DNA of 64,000 nucleotides, from the NCBI GenBank assembly GCA_050613775.1, contig JBODTK010000132.1:372001-436000 (forward strand). The letters are read 5' to 3'. Below, piece after piece: positions 1 through 14,637 of the stretch (position 1 is its first letter; each line of letters opens with the position of its first letter). Under the pieces are notes generated by a model. That model searched no databases, was not told the DNA's origin, and was given only the letters and a program-made list of their open reading frames with translations. The stretch is from Neocallimastix sp. 'constans' (taxonomy: Eukaryota). A program made the translations under genes and the position numbers.

Positions 1-505
1 TCCTATTTATTAAAATAAACAAATTTTAAATATCTAGAATATGAAATTTAATTTGTAAAAATGGTTATTAATATATATATATATATATATAATATTGTAA
101 ATAAATTATTATTAATAAATAAAATAAATAAATAAATAAAAAAAATAACAATAAAAATAAAATAAAATAGACTAAAATAAAGTGAAATAAAATTTAAGCA
201 TAATGATATTTTTGGACTCTTAATGTAATGTTTACAAAATTTCTTGTTATATCCAATAAAGTAGATGATAAAATTCAAGTAAGAGTTCCTAAAAATCTAC
301 AGGGCTTAGTATTCCATTACCCTGCTTAGATTATGAAATTATTGACTCTGAAACGATAAGACAGAGAAGAAATTCTGATTCATATTCGACTATATAATTT
401 CTTTCCACATGGATGAATGGGAAGAGTTTGAGGCCATTTCGTCCTCTAAACTCATAGTGTAATTTTTTAATATTAGTGTAAAAAAAATTTCACATATTTT
501 TATTT

Positions 506-559
<54 letters not shown>

Positions 560-1488
560 CAAGGAATAAATTTTATTTAATAATATTTATTAAAAAAAAA
601 AAAAAAATAAAAAATAAAATAAATAAAATAATATGAATGAAATAATGTGAAATGAAATTTTCATAAATTAATTTTTTTATAATTATTTTATCAATTATTT
701 TATCAAGAATTTTATCATTTTATATTTTCAATAATAAATAATATGTTGAAGTTCATAATATTTATACTTTTGTACATTAAAGTATTATAAGTATTTATAA
801 TATTTGATTAAGTAATAATTTGTATGTAAAATATAAAAAGAAAAATTTTTTTTTATGAAATTAATATTTTGAGTCTTTTAAATACTTTATTAAATCATAT
901 AAATTAATAAATAATAAATAAAATTTAATTGAATAATAATACATTTTGTTGTGTACACATCAATTTTATATTGACTCCTTAACATAATAATAGTCAAATA
1001 TATAGTTTTAATAATAATAATAATTAATTTAAATAAAAAAATATTAACATATTATTATTTTTCAGTATAATTAGATTAAAAAAAAAAAAAAATTAAGGTT
1101 CGGAGATTTAAAAATAAAATAAAATAAAAATTAGGTAAAAATTGAAAGAAATTTAATTTTTTTTTTTTATTGATATTATTAATATTTTTAAACTTTTTTC
1201 TAAATATTATTTTTTTATTTTTTGTTTTTTTATTCCTATATATTTTTTTATTTTTTATTTTTATTTTTATTTTTTATTCTTTATTTTTTATTTTTTGTTT
1301 TTTATTTTTTATTTTTTACTTTTTTATATTTAATTTTTTATTTTTAATTTTAAATTTTTAATTTTAATTTTTTTAATTTTTAATTTTTATTTTTTATTTT
1401 TTATTCCTTTTTCTTATCTAAATAATCAAATATATTTAAAGCTAAGTTTAATTTTATTTTACCATGCCATGGTAAAATAAAATTTAAA

Positions 1489-1522
<34 letters not shown>

Positions 1523-2224
1523 TTTTAAACTTAATAATAAAAAAAAATAATATATATGATAAAGTTTTTATAATTTTAATAAATATTATCATATAGAATA
1601 ATGTTTTACTTTCAATTTTTTTACCATATAGATTAATATTTTGACATATATAATTATAAAGTTTATAATACTAATATAAATTATAAATTAAGATAATGTT
1701 ATATACTTTTTAATAAAATTTACATTTAAATTCTTTTTTTTTCCTTGTTTTTTTTTTTTTTTTTTTTTTTCCATAATTTTTTTTTTATTTCTTTCTATAA
1801 TCTTTATTTTTTTTTTTTTTTTTTTTTTTTTTTATCATATATATGTATTTATTTATTTATTTATTTAAAATATAAAATCTTATTCTTTATTTTATTTTAT
1901 TTTTTTTTTTAAAAAAATAATAAATTATAAAATAATGAATAATTATTATATAATAATTAAATAACAATGCATAAAATAAATGGATTTCTATATATAATAT
2001 ATTTAATATTATTGTTAATCATTCGTAATTGAAAAAAATTTATTTTATATTTTATTTTATAATCATGTTATAATAACATATATATGTTATATTTTTCAAT
2101 AAATTAATAAATTTTTTTTTAACTTTTTCTTTTCTTTTTTCTTTTATGGTAACTGTTCTTTTATTCTTTCTGGCTTTTATATATATATATATATTCATAT
2201 ACATACATATGTTAAACTAAACAG

Positions 2225-2695
2225 ATAATGTTAATGGAATTGATATAATTTTTAATTTAGTATCTTATACTCAAGCAGATGATTATATTCATGATTTAAT
2301 AATAGACTTTAGAAAATATGCTAAAGCAAATCAATTAGACATAAATTTAAAAGTAATACAATTTACAAAGTCAAATGTCACCTTTCAAGAGAATAGTTAT
2401 ATTTCTATTATCGAATCTTCATTAAGAAAAAATTCTAAAAAATATGATCTAATAATGATGAATATTGTTCATACCAAAAGATTAGAGAAATATCTTGTAG
2501 ATCTTCGAGATTATATATCTCAAGAAATATTATCAAATTATACTAGTAAAATTTTGTCAGAAATTGATTATTTTAAAAATAAACTCATAGGATTGGTAAT
2601 ATTAATGATTTTTTTTTTTTTTAATATTATTATCAATTATTGAAATGGTTGAACTAGTTTACAACAACAATAACCATAGACACAACAACAATATC

Positions 2696-2750
<55 letters not shown>

Positions 2751-3036
2751 GATTATTATAATTTTTATAATTTTGAATTACATTATATAATAAGCCTTTA
2801 CACATAGATAATACCGTATTATATTCAAATAAAGAACTATTAAATAAGTATAAACAAAGAATTCCTAAAACTTGGGATGAATTAATAGATACAGCATCCT
2901 ACATAATAAATGAAGAAAAAAAGCAAGGAAAGAATAACTTAATTAGTTATCTTGGACATTTTCCAGGTATATCAAAAAATAAATAAATAAATAAATAATC
3001 CTAAAAATAATTAATAATAAAATAATATGAAAAATG

Positions 3037-3082
<46 letters not shown>

Positions 3083-3360
3083 AAAATTAAAAAATGTATA
3101 CAAAATATATAAATAATATATTAATAATAATAATAAAAATAATAATAATATAAAATATTATATAATAATAAATATAAATATAAATATAAATATAAATATA
3201 AAGAGAAAGATGAAGTATCTATTTGTTCAGCAACAGAATTTATTTATAGTTTTAGAAAAGATGTTAATTCCAATATACCATCTTATCACAGTGATAATGC
3301 GGTAAATGCATTTAATAAAATAAAAGAAATTAAAGAAAAAATTTCATCTGGTAAATTTAA

Positions 3361-3395
<35 letters not shown>

Positions 3396-5165
3396 ATATA
3401 TTTATATATATAAAATAATAGTAGTAAATAATAATATATATATTTTATATTTGTACTAATTATTATTATATTTCATTTGTATTATTATATATTAAATAAT
3501 TTTTTTTTTCTTTTTTTTTATTTTTTTATTGATTTTTGAAATATTCATTTTCTTTCTATTTTAATTCATTAATTATTTATTTATTATTATTTTTATTTAT
3601 TTTAAATTTTTATTTATTTATATATTTACTTTTTTACAAACGAAGATAAAAATTTTCAATTAGATAATGATACTATTGAATCTTTATTACAGCAAGGTAA
3701 ACCATTATTTGCAAAATATTGGAAAACTCCGTTTAATCAATATTATTATATATCACCTTTACCAGGAAATAAAGAGGGAATATCATCATCATGCATTGGT
3801 GGTTATCATTTAATCATAAATAATAATATTTCAAAAGAAAAAAAAGTTGCCGCAGGAAAAGTAATTGAATTCTTTTTATCAAAAAATATCCAGAAAAAAT
3901 ACTTGATAAATAATATGATGAATAGAAGTGCAAGATCCGATATTTATAATGACGAGGAGTTATGTAAGGAAATTGATTGTGAATTGTACAATTCCTTTCA
4001 GTATGTTTCAAGACCACCAGAATTAATTGAAAATTATTCTTTGGAGTACTTAAAATTTTTAAATCAATTTCTTTATGGTAATATTAATGCAAAAACAGCT
4101 TTAACATATATAGAAAATATAGATTCATTTCATCAAATTGAATATAACTCCACTTTTGGTTACATTATGGAATCAGTTAGTATTTTAATCATTTTTATTG
4201 TTTTATTATCCTCTGGAATAATGTTTATGGAAAATTTTAAATTTCTAAGTAAAGTATTCAGTAAAACCTTTTTGTGTATTCCAATATTGGGAATATGTAT
4301 GACGGGTTCTTATGCTTTTTTATTATTGGGTGATTTAACTGGATTTAAATGTTCCTTAGGTATGGTATATTTTTTCTGTGGATCTACACTTATTCTCTAC
4401 CCATTAATCGTTTTGGAAATTATTTATTTTCCTGAAAAAAATAAATATACTACCTTTGCTAAAAATCATAAATATCTTTGCTTTATTATTTTATTACTAA
4501 TGGATCTCGTTTTTTATGGAATTTCTTTAATCATTGTACCTTTTCGTATTGAAAGATTAACAAGTAGTGATGGTATTCACTTCAAGGCTTGTGTTAATGC
4601 GGGTGGTCTCTATAGAATTTATTTTCTATCAATCATTGCCTATAAATTTATCATATTTTCAATTATTATCCTTCTAGCATTTACTGAATGGAGTCGCAAA
4701 GAAATAAAAAAAGAATTAAAAATTATTTTTATCATCATTTATACTAATATTCTTTTCACTGTTCTTTTTGTAATCATAAGATGTTTACCTCCATTTGATT
4801 TATACACTAATATGTTCATTCGATGGTTTTTATCTGTGGCTTATTCTATCACCAATTATATAATCCTAATTCCTCTTCAAATATACTATGAGCTCCGTAA
4901 CCCCTCAAAAAAAAATGGAAACGAAGTAAATATTGTGAAAAATAGTGAAATGGAAAAAAATGAAATAAATAAGCACGTATTTATCAGACGAACTGATTCT
5001 TATATATCAAAAATAATAGGTTATCATTATTCAATGGGGTCACAATATTTAGAATATAATAGTAGCACTAAAGATAAAAATTTGAATTTTCCTTCCTCAA
5101 GACCAGATGTTATACTCTATACAGATATTATATCATCAAGTCAAATGACAGATATTATGGAATAA
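2225..5165 (+). CDS. Extracellular solute(sugar)-binding domain fused to a 7TM class C-like GPCR domain; multi-exon, first exon not resolved
   Basis: GT-AG exons 2225-2595, 2795-2966, 3204-3350 and 3646-5165 join in frame. SBP-like motifs LYSNKELLNKYKQRIPKTWDELIDTA and LPGNKEGISSSCIGG precede about seven hydrophobic segments in the last exon. No clean start or signal-peptide exon found upstream. Confidence 0.8.
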
Positions 5166-5472
5166 TTGCATGGATAAATAATCTCTTATTTATTTATTTC
5201 TATTCAAATGGTTATATATATATGTGTATATATATCAATTTAAAATTTTATAGAAAAAAAAAAAAAAATAAAATAAAATAAAATAAAATAAAATAAATGA
5301 AATGAAATAATTAGAACGAAAAATATATTTAAACTAAATAGATATCAAAGGAAATTAATAGTACTATTTATAATTAGAAATTTAAAATATATTTAAACTC
5401 TAGAGATTAAAGAAATTAATAGTACTATTTATAAATAGAAATTTTTATCATATACATATGTATATAAAAATA

Positions 5473-5516
<44 letters not shown>

Positions 5517-5657
5517 ACTATCAACATTTAATCGTTTATAATAATTGATAATTAATATAACAAAAATGTTTATCATATATATATATATATTTATATTTAT
5601 ATTTAATCATAATTATACATATTACAAAATATCATTTAATATTTAATATTATACATA

Positions 5658-5692
<35 letters not shown>

Positions 5693-5882
5693 TAAAAAAT
5701 GAAAATAAAAAAATAAAAATAAAAATTTATATATATATATAATGAATATGTATTTTATATACATAATATTCTTTATTACAAAAAAATAATATGAAATTAA
5801 AACTAAGTGTTAATTTTTATTATTTAAATTTTTAAAGTTTCAAGGAATACTAATTTTACTAAGACCAAAAAAAAAAAAAAAA

Positions 5883-6473
5883 AAATTCATATTCTAGATT
5901 AGGGTTTGAATTGACTATCTGAAAGAAATTATGTTCTTCTCCTTCAAAGGCATTGGTCCTGCTAGCCTATCTTACTGCATTTTCAGCGTTGACGCTCCTA
6001 GTTAGTTTGCGCTTATATCGTCGGAATAGCAACCCTTGCCGAGTACTAACCCGAGGTATAATTTCTGTAAAGAGAGCCGCAGATTGCACCAAGAATGGCG
6101 TTTTTGAATAATCCCCAGAAATGATTTTGTTCTTAAACAAAACACCCCATTCCTTTATATAATTAAAATCAATAATATCTGCATCTTTTCCACCAAGAAG
6201 GAAGTTATATAATCGGTACCACGTCACATATATATTTACACACTCATTATTCAGAAAATTACTAATGTTAACATGATTTTGGCCAATTGACCTATTCACT
6301 ACGTTATTAGTAATGATACTATTATTTTCACTATCACTAATATTAATATTCCAATTTTCTCTATCACTAAAACTACTATTATTAACAATATTATTTATAC
6401 TGTTATTATTATTATTATTATTAAAAACTTTGTTACTACTATCAGAATCAGTATTTGATTTTATATTATTCAT
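5883..6473 (-). pseudogene. Degenerate ORF of an unidentified repeated element (copy 1)
   Basis: 168-aa ORF whose frame continues past the TAG at 5967-5969 (ASRTNAFEGEEHNFFQIVNSNPN). Homologous to 19568-19743. Confidence 0.5.
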
Positions 6474-7386
6474 ATCGGTGATAACAGCGTTTACATTACT
6501 ATTTGATATTGGATTATATTTAGAAGTTATAAAAAAAATTTTAAATCAGAGTTTTTTTTTTTTTTTTTTTAGAAAAGGAAGAGAATACATTTAAATAGGG
6601 GATAATATATTTCGTGAATTTTAATATTATACATAGAGTGTTATAAAATTTGTCATTAAAAATATTTCTTAATATACAATTAATATAAATTCATCAATTG
6701 ATTGAATACTTGATTCATAACAATATATATATATTTAACAATTAGATTTTTCAATAAAATTTTACAAAATAATTATATTTTCAAGAAAAAGCTCATCATC
6801 AAAAAACGTACTATTGTAATTTCTCGTAATATAGAAATAATTACGTTTATTTTTTTTTTTTTTAATTTTTAAAATAATTATTTTTTTTTTATAATTGATA
6901 TATGTTTATTATATAAAATTTTTACAATAATAAAATAATATAATAAAAATATTCAATATTTAAAAATTACATTAATATAAAAAAAATTTTTTTTAATATA
7001 AAAATCTATATTTCTAGCTAACATACAAATAGATAAACTTGTTAATATATAAAAGAGTTTAAAAAGTGAAAAATGAAAAAATGAAAAATTTCTCATATAA
7101 AAATGTAATTTTTTTAAAATGTAATATTTTTTTTTATTAAATTTTTTAATATTATAAAAATTTATTTTAAATTAATAATTGTTCTTGTTTATAAAGATAA
7201 AAATTATTACATTAATTGGATATACTTTTACTAATATAAAATGATAAAAAAATTCATAAATAAAAACTTTCTGATAAAATATTTTTAAAAAATAAAGAAT
7301 ATTTATAAAAAAAAAATGAATATTCTCAAGTATTGTTATAAAAAAAAATTTTTTTCAATAAAAAATAGTTGCGCTTTCCGTTTTTG

Positions 7387-7423
<37 letters not shown>

Positions 7424-7536
7424 GTAAATGCATAATAAATTTTGTTTATCTTTAAAAAAAGAAAAAAAAAAAACTTCCATAAATTAAAGAAAGTTTTTTC
7501 CTCAATTTGACAAAAATTTATTTATTATAATTTCAT

Positions 7537-9534
7537 TTATTCTTGAATTGGCTTATAGTTGTATTTGTCATACCAGAATTCCTTAATCCAACGACGGTTA
7601 CCAACAATTTTACCCTTTTCATAGATTTCAGAGGCCATAAACATCCAATGCATATTGTTTACAATGGTCCAAAATTCTTCAGTACATAAACGAGAAGAAT
7701 CTTTACTCATACGAGCACGAAGTTTTGGATTATCAAAGAGTTCAAACATACGTTGTGCAACAGCTTCACAATCACCAACTTCACATAAGAAACCAGTCTT
7801 ACCATCCTTAATTTGTAATGGGATACCACCAGCACGAGCAGCAACAACTGGAATACCCTTAGCTAAAGCTTCAGTAACCTTAACTTCAAAACCTTCACGA
7901 TGTGATAATTGTAAAGCAAGGTAAGAACGACGTAATACAGCATCTAAAAGTTGATCACTTGGTGGAAGACGAGCAACAATGATATCATTAACAATATCCT
8001 TGTACTTTGGATCCTTCAATTGTTCCATAACTTGAGCGTAAATGATAGAAGCATCTGGGTCATCAATAGCACCATGACCACAAATAACTAATTGTGGAGT
8101 CTTTTCAAGAGAATATCTAGCATCATTCATCTTCTTACGTAAAATAGCATAGGAGTCAATAACATCTGGAATACCCTTAGCTGGATCGAAACGAGCAATT
8201 TGAATAATATTTGGACGTTCTGGGTCAAGAACATTCTTAGTACCTTGTTCAGCACAGATACTGTTAAAGATACCAAGATAGTAATCCATTTCATCATCTG
8301 ATAATGGCTTATTTAAACCATCAATTGGATCAGAAGCAGCTGGCATAAGAACAGTCTTTTCAAGTGGAACTTCATCTGGAATGAAAGCATGAACTGGGTG
8401 ACTGACGAATAAGTCACAATGTTGAATGAAAGACCATAAGTAACTCCAGACACCATTTTGTGGAGATCCTGGGGTATTAGCTAAGTCTGCACGAATTTGA
8501 ATGTGGGAACGGTAGAGAATCTTACACTTTGGATTAACTTCCTTAATGTATGGAATAAGACCAACCATTTGTGGGTCATCAATGAAAATAACGTTACAGT
8601 CAGTGAAGACATCATTTAACCAATATTTTTCTACATTAGCCTTTATCCAAGCTTCATAAGTCTTCTTGTTATCTTCAGTAAGACGAAGATTTGGATCAGC
8701 GACACCTTGTAAGATGTTGTGATTGTTCTTAGTAATACGGAAGACATCATTATCTGGGAATGGAACGAACCAACGGCACTTAACACCTAAAAGACGGAAT
8801 AAACGAATACCAGCATGTCTCATTAAAGCAACACCACCACCTTGTGGAGTAGCATTGAAGAAAGCAATCTTTAAGTCTTGTTCATCTCTAAGACGTTCAG
8901 TCATCTTCATAAGAACATCCCAAGTTTCTTGAGAGACAGTGTTCTTGTAATCATCAATATTAACAAGATGAATCTTACCGTTGGCATCAACTGGAACTTC
9001 TGAATTTGGTCCGAAGTCGTAACTAATAACATCCTTTTCATTTTCAAGAACAAATGGAACAATATCTAATTTACTCCAGAGATCTTCTGGTAAACGAGAT
9101 ACACCCCAAGACTCTAATAAAGGTTTAAGTAATGTAGCACCAATAATTTTAACATCATTGGCTTGTTGGAATTCATTAATACATTCAATAATTTCATTTT
9201 GAATATTATCACCACGTTGTTTAACAACTTCTGGTTTAGAAAGATCTTGGTTTTGTGGGAATTCAATTTCACGGAAAAGATAGTGAACTGGGTTACTACC
9301 ATCAGAAACACAAATGTTGAATTGAGCAACATTGTCACGATTACAACCACCAATACCTAAGTATAATGGAGTAGAATCACTTAAATGAGAAATTTTATAT
9401 TCATGAAGATTGGCAGAAGCCTTAGCAGCAATGTTTGCTAAAGTAGCAGTAGTACTATTAGCTTGAAGATCTAACATAGACTTACGAGCCTTTAAAGTAC
9501 GTGGACGATTCCAACCTCTAAGAAAACTAAGCAT
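7537..9534 (-). CDS. Trehalose phosphorylase / trehalose synthase (glycosyltransferase family GT4)
   Basis: Intronless 665-aa ORF with motifs NATPQGGGVALMRH, FIDDPQ, QIARFDPAKGI and EGFEVKVTEAL, typical of fungal trehalose phosphorylases. Confidence 0.9.
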   Translation of the reverse strand: MLSFLRGWNRPRTLKARKSMLDLQANSTTATLANIAAKASANLHEYKISHLSDSTPLYLGIGGCNRDNVAQFNICVSDGSNPVHYLFREIEFPQNQDLSKPEVVKQRGDNIQNEIIECINEFQQANDVKIIGATLLKPLLESWGVSRLPEDLWSKLDIVPFVLENEKDVISYDFGPNSEVPVDANGKIHLVNIDDYKNTVSQETWDVLMKMTERLRDEQDLKIAFFNATPQGGGVALMRHAGIRLFRLLGVKCRWFVPFPDNDVFRITKNNHNILQGVADPNLRLTEDNKKTYEAWIKANVEKYWLNDVFTDCNVIFIDDPQMVGLIPYIKEVNPKCKILYRSHIQIRADLANTPGSPQNGVWSYLWSFIQHCDLFVSHPVHAFIPDEVPLEKTVLMPAASDPIDGLNKPLSDDEMDYYLGIFNSICAEQGTKNVLDPERPNIIQIARFDPAKGIPDVIDSYAILRKKMNDARYSLEKTPQLVICGHGAIDDPDASIIYAQVMEQLKDPKYKDIVNDIIVARLPPSDQLLDAVLRRSYLALQLSHREGFEVKVTEALAKGIPVVAARAGGIPLQIKDGKTGFLCEVGDCEAVAQRMFELFDNPKLRARMSKDSSRLCTEEFWTIVNNMHWMFMASEIYEKGKIVGNRRWIKEFWYDKYNYKPIQE

Positions 9535-12078
9535 TTTGAACTAAAATTATATTTAATATATATATATTAAAAGTTAATTGATATATTTTTATATTATTTT
9601 TATTTTTATTTTTATTCAAATATAGCTATATAATAATATATAGCTTATATTTAATAAATAAAAAAAAAAAGCAAATAAAAATTTTTTTAAATAAAAATTT
9701 ATTTCTATCTTCTTAAAAATATAAATTATATATTTATATATATTTAATATTTAAAATAGAAATAAATATATAATCAATTTATTGCAACAACTATTTAATA
9801 ATTTAATAATAAAAATTTTTTAAAATATATTTAATCTATAAAAAAAAAAAAAATTTAATTTTCTATCTTTTTTTTACTATTTATAAATACACTACTGAAA
9901 AAAAATTCACATCAATATCCATATAAACTTAAAATTTAATTACTTTCGATATTATTAATATATGAGAAAATGTTTTATAATACATTCATAATTTTTCTCT
10001 TTTAAAATATCTTTAAAAGAAAAATAAATAATTAAAGCATATATTTAACAACTTATTATATTGATTATTCTATTAATGATTATTCTATTAATTAATTTTT
10101 ATCGTATTCTGCTAATTGTTTGAATATATAACTAAATTGAACTTTATCAATTCATTATTCACTATTACTTATGTTATTATTTTAAAAATAAAAAAATAAA
10201 AAATAAGAAAATAAATATGTTCATTATATTTACATTTTAATGAAATAAATTTATAAAAATGTATAAGCGATTTAATTTATAATATTTTATATAGATTATA
10301 AACTATAAGAAAGAATCTAAAAGTCTTCTATTAATTTATTATAATAATTTTTAAAAAAAAATTTTTTTTATCAAAAATTATAAAAGGGAAAAAAGAATTT
10401 TTCTCTTTTGTATAACAAAAAAAAAATTAAAGTTAGGTATAAAAAACGGAAATACTATTTTTTATTGCAAAGAAAAAAAAATTGAAATGAAAATTAGCAT
10501 ATTTATAGATTTTTGATTTAATTATAATTTCATTAATGAACTAAACATATTTTTTTTTTTTCAAAAAGTTTTTTTCTAATTTACTCTTTTCTATATAATA
10601 ATATAAATATGAATTAAATTGATTTAAATTAAATTCTCCTTAACTTTCATATATTAAATACATTCGATGATTTATTAATTATATAATTAAATATAATTTT
10701 TATTTATAAAAGTTTATATATTGAAGCATTATATCATTATTAAATTTTTCTTTATTTGTTTATTGGAAATTTTTTTTTTCTTTAAAAAAAGATATAAAAA
10801 TTAAGCTTTTTAAACTTTGTATATTAATACTACAATAATATAAATTAAAAGTATTATTAATATAATAAAGGCATTATATACTTCGTTTATTAGGAATAAA
10901 TGTCACACTAAAATAAATTATATAAATCCCATCCTTATTTGTTATTGTAGTGAAATTAAAAATAAAATGAATAGTAAAATATTTTCAACTATAAGCTTTT
11001 ACTTATATTAAGCCATAAGTAAAATATATAAAAAATAAATAAAATAAATTTTTGAATATATTAAGTATGAAATTAGTATAAATAATTCAATAAATAATAC
11101 TAATACTATTACCGATATTATTTGTCTAAATATAAATTTATTTATACAAACAATCAATAGTTTTGTTTTAATATTTATATATATATAATTGATATAATTA
11201 AGCAGCGATTTAATATTAATACTTTTTTTTCTCTATATCAGTTTTTGTCTATTTATAAAGTCATTCATATAAAATATACTTTTTAATAATATATTAATTC
11301 ATATAAATAAAAAATTGTGCATATATTATTAATGTATTATTAATATAGTATGAATGTATTAGCAATTTAATTATGTATATTTTTTAATTAATTCATGTCA
11401 TTTGAAAATTTTTAATCTAAAAAATTTTTTTCTATGGATAATATAAAATCTGTATAATTTTAAATGAATGATAAATACTACATTTAGTTTATTATATAAT
11501 TATATATTTACTATTCATTATTCTGTATTTATTACATTTAATATTATAAATATTTATGATTCTAATATATTCTAATATAAATAATATATAAAAAAACTCA
11601 ATACTGAATAAAAAGTATCAATTATTTTATATATATTAAACTGCTATAGCAGTTATTCTTTTTTAGTAATGAACGAATTCTGTATAATTTTTCAGTAGTA
11701 TTTAAAAAAATAATTTAGTATATTGTCTTTATTATAGTACATATATTAAATTATATTATTTAATTTTAATATATACTACATATTATATTTATGTTTATAT
11801 TCATAATATATTGAAAATGGTATTGATTTAGTATATTTTATTTTTTTTTAAAAAAAAAAATTTAATTATATATAATAAAATTTAAATATAAAACTTTTAT
11901 TTAATCTCTTAAAACAAATAGAAAAAGTATATTTTGAATTAGAAATTATAAACATGAAGCAGAATATATATGGTAGAGAAATAAAATTAAATTGGAAATA
12001 CTCTAATATTCAAACAAATTAAAAGCAAATCTTCAAAACAAAAAATCAACATTCAATATTAATAAAAATAGTGATAAC

Positions 12079-12124
<46 letters not shown>

Positions 12125-12448
12125 TAATAGAATATTAAAAAATTTAATTATCTATTACATAGTAAGAATAAACAAAAAAAAATCATCTTTTTGAAATAAA
12201 AGATAAATATTGTTCTAATAATATATTCAAATAATATTATGGAAATGTAGAAATAAAATCATATTAAAAGAATGTATATATCAAAATATTATCCTATAAT
12301 AATAAAATTAATGAAATATCTTATGGAATTTATTATATTGTAATTTTCATATTAAATGTACAATTTATTTCATAGATAAAGTAAATAATTTTAATTTTAA
12401 CAAAAATTCATAAATTTTATTTTAATTATATATTTTATTTTTATCTTA

Positions 12449-12493
<45 letters not shown>

Positions 12494-12793
12494 TATAATA
12501 AATAAAAAAAAAGTTTAAATTAGTAAAAAAAATTTTTTAATTCTTTTTCTCAAAACAATTCATATTAAAATATTATAATTTTTAACTAATTCTTATATAT
12601 AAATTTTATTATACTTTCATATTTTTTTCATTCATTTTATTTTAGTTTATGTTGTTGATTTATAATTTTTTTTTTTCTTTCCATTGCTAATCAATACGAA
12701 ATAATTACACTAAATTTATCTTATCATATAAAACTTTTTCATATTTAATTAATATCATATTAAAAAATAATCTAAATATTTATCATATATTTC

Positions 12794-12835
<42 letters not shown>

Positions 12836-13246
12836 AAAGAAACATCTACGTTATTACTTAATATCTCATTTTTTTTTAAATATATATATTGTATAGGCAA
12901 ATTAACACCAAAAAAAAAAAAAATTAATAGTAACTTAATTATTATAAAAATAATAATATTATATTGTATAATTTTTAAAATTCTATATTAAATGAAGGAG
13001 TTTTAATTATGGCTTTGAAATTTTATATTTAAAAATAACTCTTTTTTACTATTATTACATTGAAAGGTATTAATACCCTTTAATGATATTATATATAATT
13101 ATACATTATTATTACTTTAACTTTATACTTTATACTTATTACTAAATATATTAATTTATATTATAAAATATTTATTAATAAGGTCAGGAGCTCAAATTTA
13201 ATACAAAAATTTAAATATCTTAGTATTCAATTATATTTTATTAATT

Positions 13247-13284
<38 letters not shown>

Positions 13285-14558
13285 TCTTTATTTATAATTA
13301 AATAAAATTATAAATTGATTTTTTAATATATAAAAAAATAAAAAAAAATAAAAAATAAAAATAAAAATAAAAAAAATACAGAAATTACAATTTATAAAAA
13401 TTATATATATCATTATTTATTTAATCATTTATTATTTATTAATAAACTTTATTAGATTATTTATAATAATGAATCTTTATTATAAATATTATTTACATTA
13501 ATCACTTTCAAATTTTTTTTTATTTTATATTCTTTTTATTAAATATATTACCTTTGCTATTATATTATTAATAGTAAGTCAAATTTTATATGTAATACTG
13601 TTTTTATACCATAATGTAAAAATATCTCTATTTAAATATTTTAATAAAATAAAATTGAAATAGTTAGAATTTTTTGAAAAATATTTAGAATATTTGATAA
13701 TGTATTTATTAAAACTTAAAGATGTATATTGATAGAAGAAAAATGACATTAATATATTACCATTACAAATATATTGAAATATTAAAACATAGAAATAATA
13801 ATAAATTCATTGATAATTTCATATTTATTTATTTTTCTATTTTTACATTTATTTAATTATAAAAAATATATTTATTTATAATAATATTAATAATATTAAA
13901 TTATTTCAAACAATTTTTTAATATTATATTATTTTATTCTTTATCTCTACATATATGTATTATGGAATTTAAGGTATTTAATAAAAGCTTTTTTTTTCTT
14001 TACTAAAAATATCTTTATTATTTTTTCTCTTAAATTTTATAATATTAAAAAAAAAAAAATTGATATTCCTATTCAAAAAGAAGAAAAATCAAAAAGGTAT
14101 TCTTCAAAAATATTAAATCTTGTATTAGTATAAAAAAAAAAATGAATCATCCATTTAAAGAAATAAAATATATATGTATTTTAATAATTTATTTCATTCA
14201 ATTTTATATATATACATTAATATAAAAATAAATTAATTTTTTAATTATGCATTTTAATATTATTAATTTGATATTAATAAATTTTAAAATTATATATAAA
14301 AAATATTTCATCCCAATAATACAAATAATAATTAATGTTATATATATTAAAATATAATTTATTACATACAATTGAATGAACAATAAATGCTTTATTATTA
14401 TTATCAATATATTGAGACTATATATAATTTTATTTTAATATTATTTAAAATTTAATTTTTTTTAAATGAATTTAAATAGTAATACTAAAATATAAAAAAA
14501 CAAAAAGCATTAACAAAGATATTAAAATATTGAAATTAGCCAAAAAAATAAATAAATA

Positions 14559-14637
<79 letters not shown>

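Noticed and set aside
435..460. Hammerhead-like string CTATGAGTTTAGAGGACGAAA on the minus strand
   Set aside because: Core is CUAUGA rather than CUGANGA, stem II is weak, and I could not build stems I and III.
48..1592. Short hydrophobic ORFs 48-278, 1170-1361 and 1401-1592
   Set aside because: Phe/Ile/Tyr-rich translations of poly-T and AT low-complexity DNA; no motifs.
5311..5445. Two-unit tandem repeats (about 60 bp here, 30 bp near 60020-60085) as a CRISPR-like array
   Set aside because: Only two adjacent units, no unique spacers, no cas genes, eukaryotic context.
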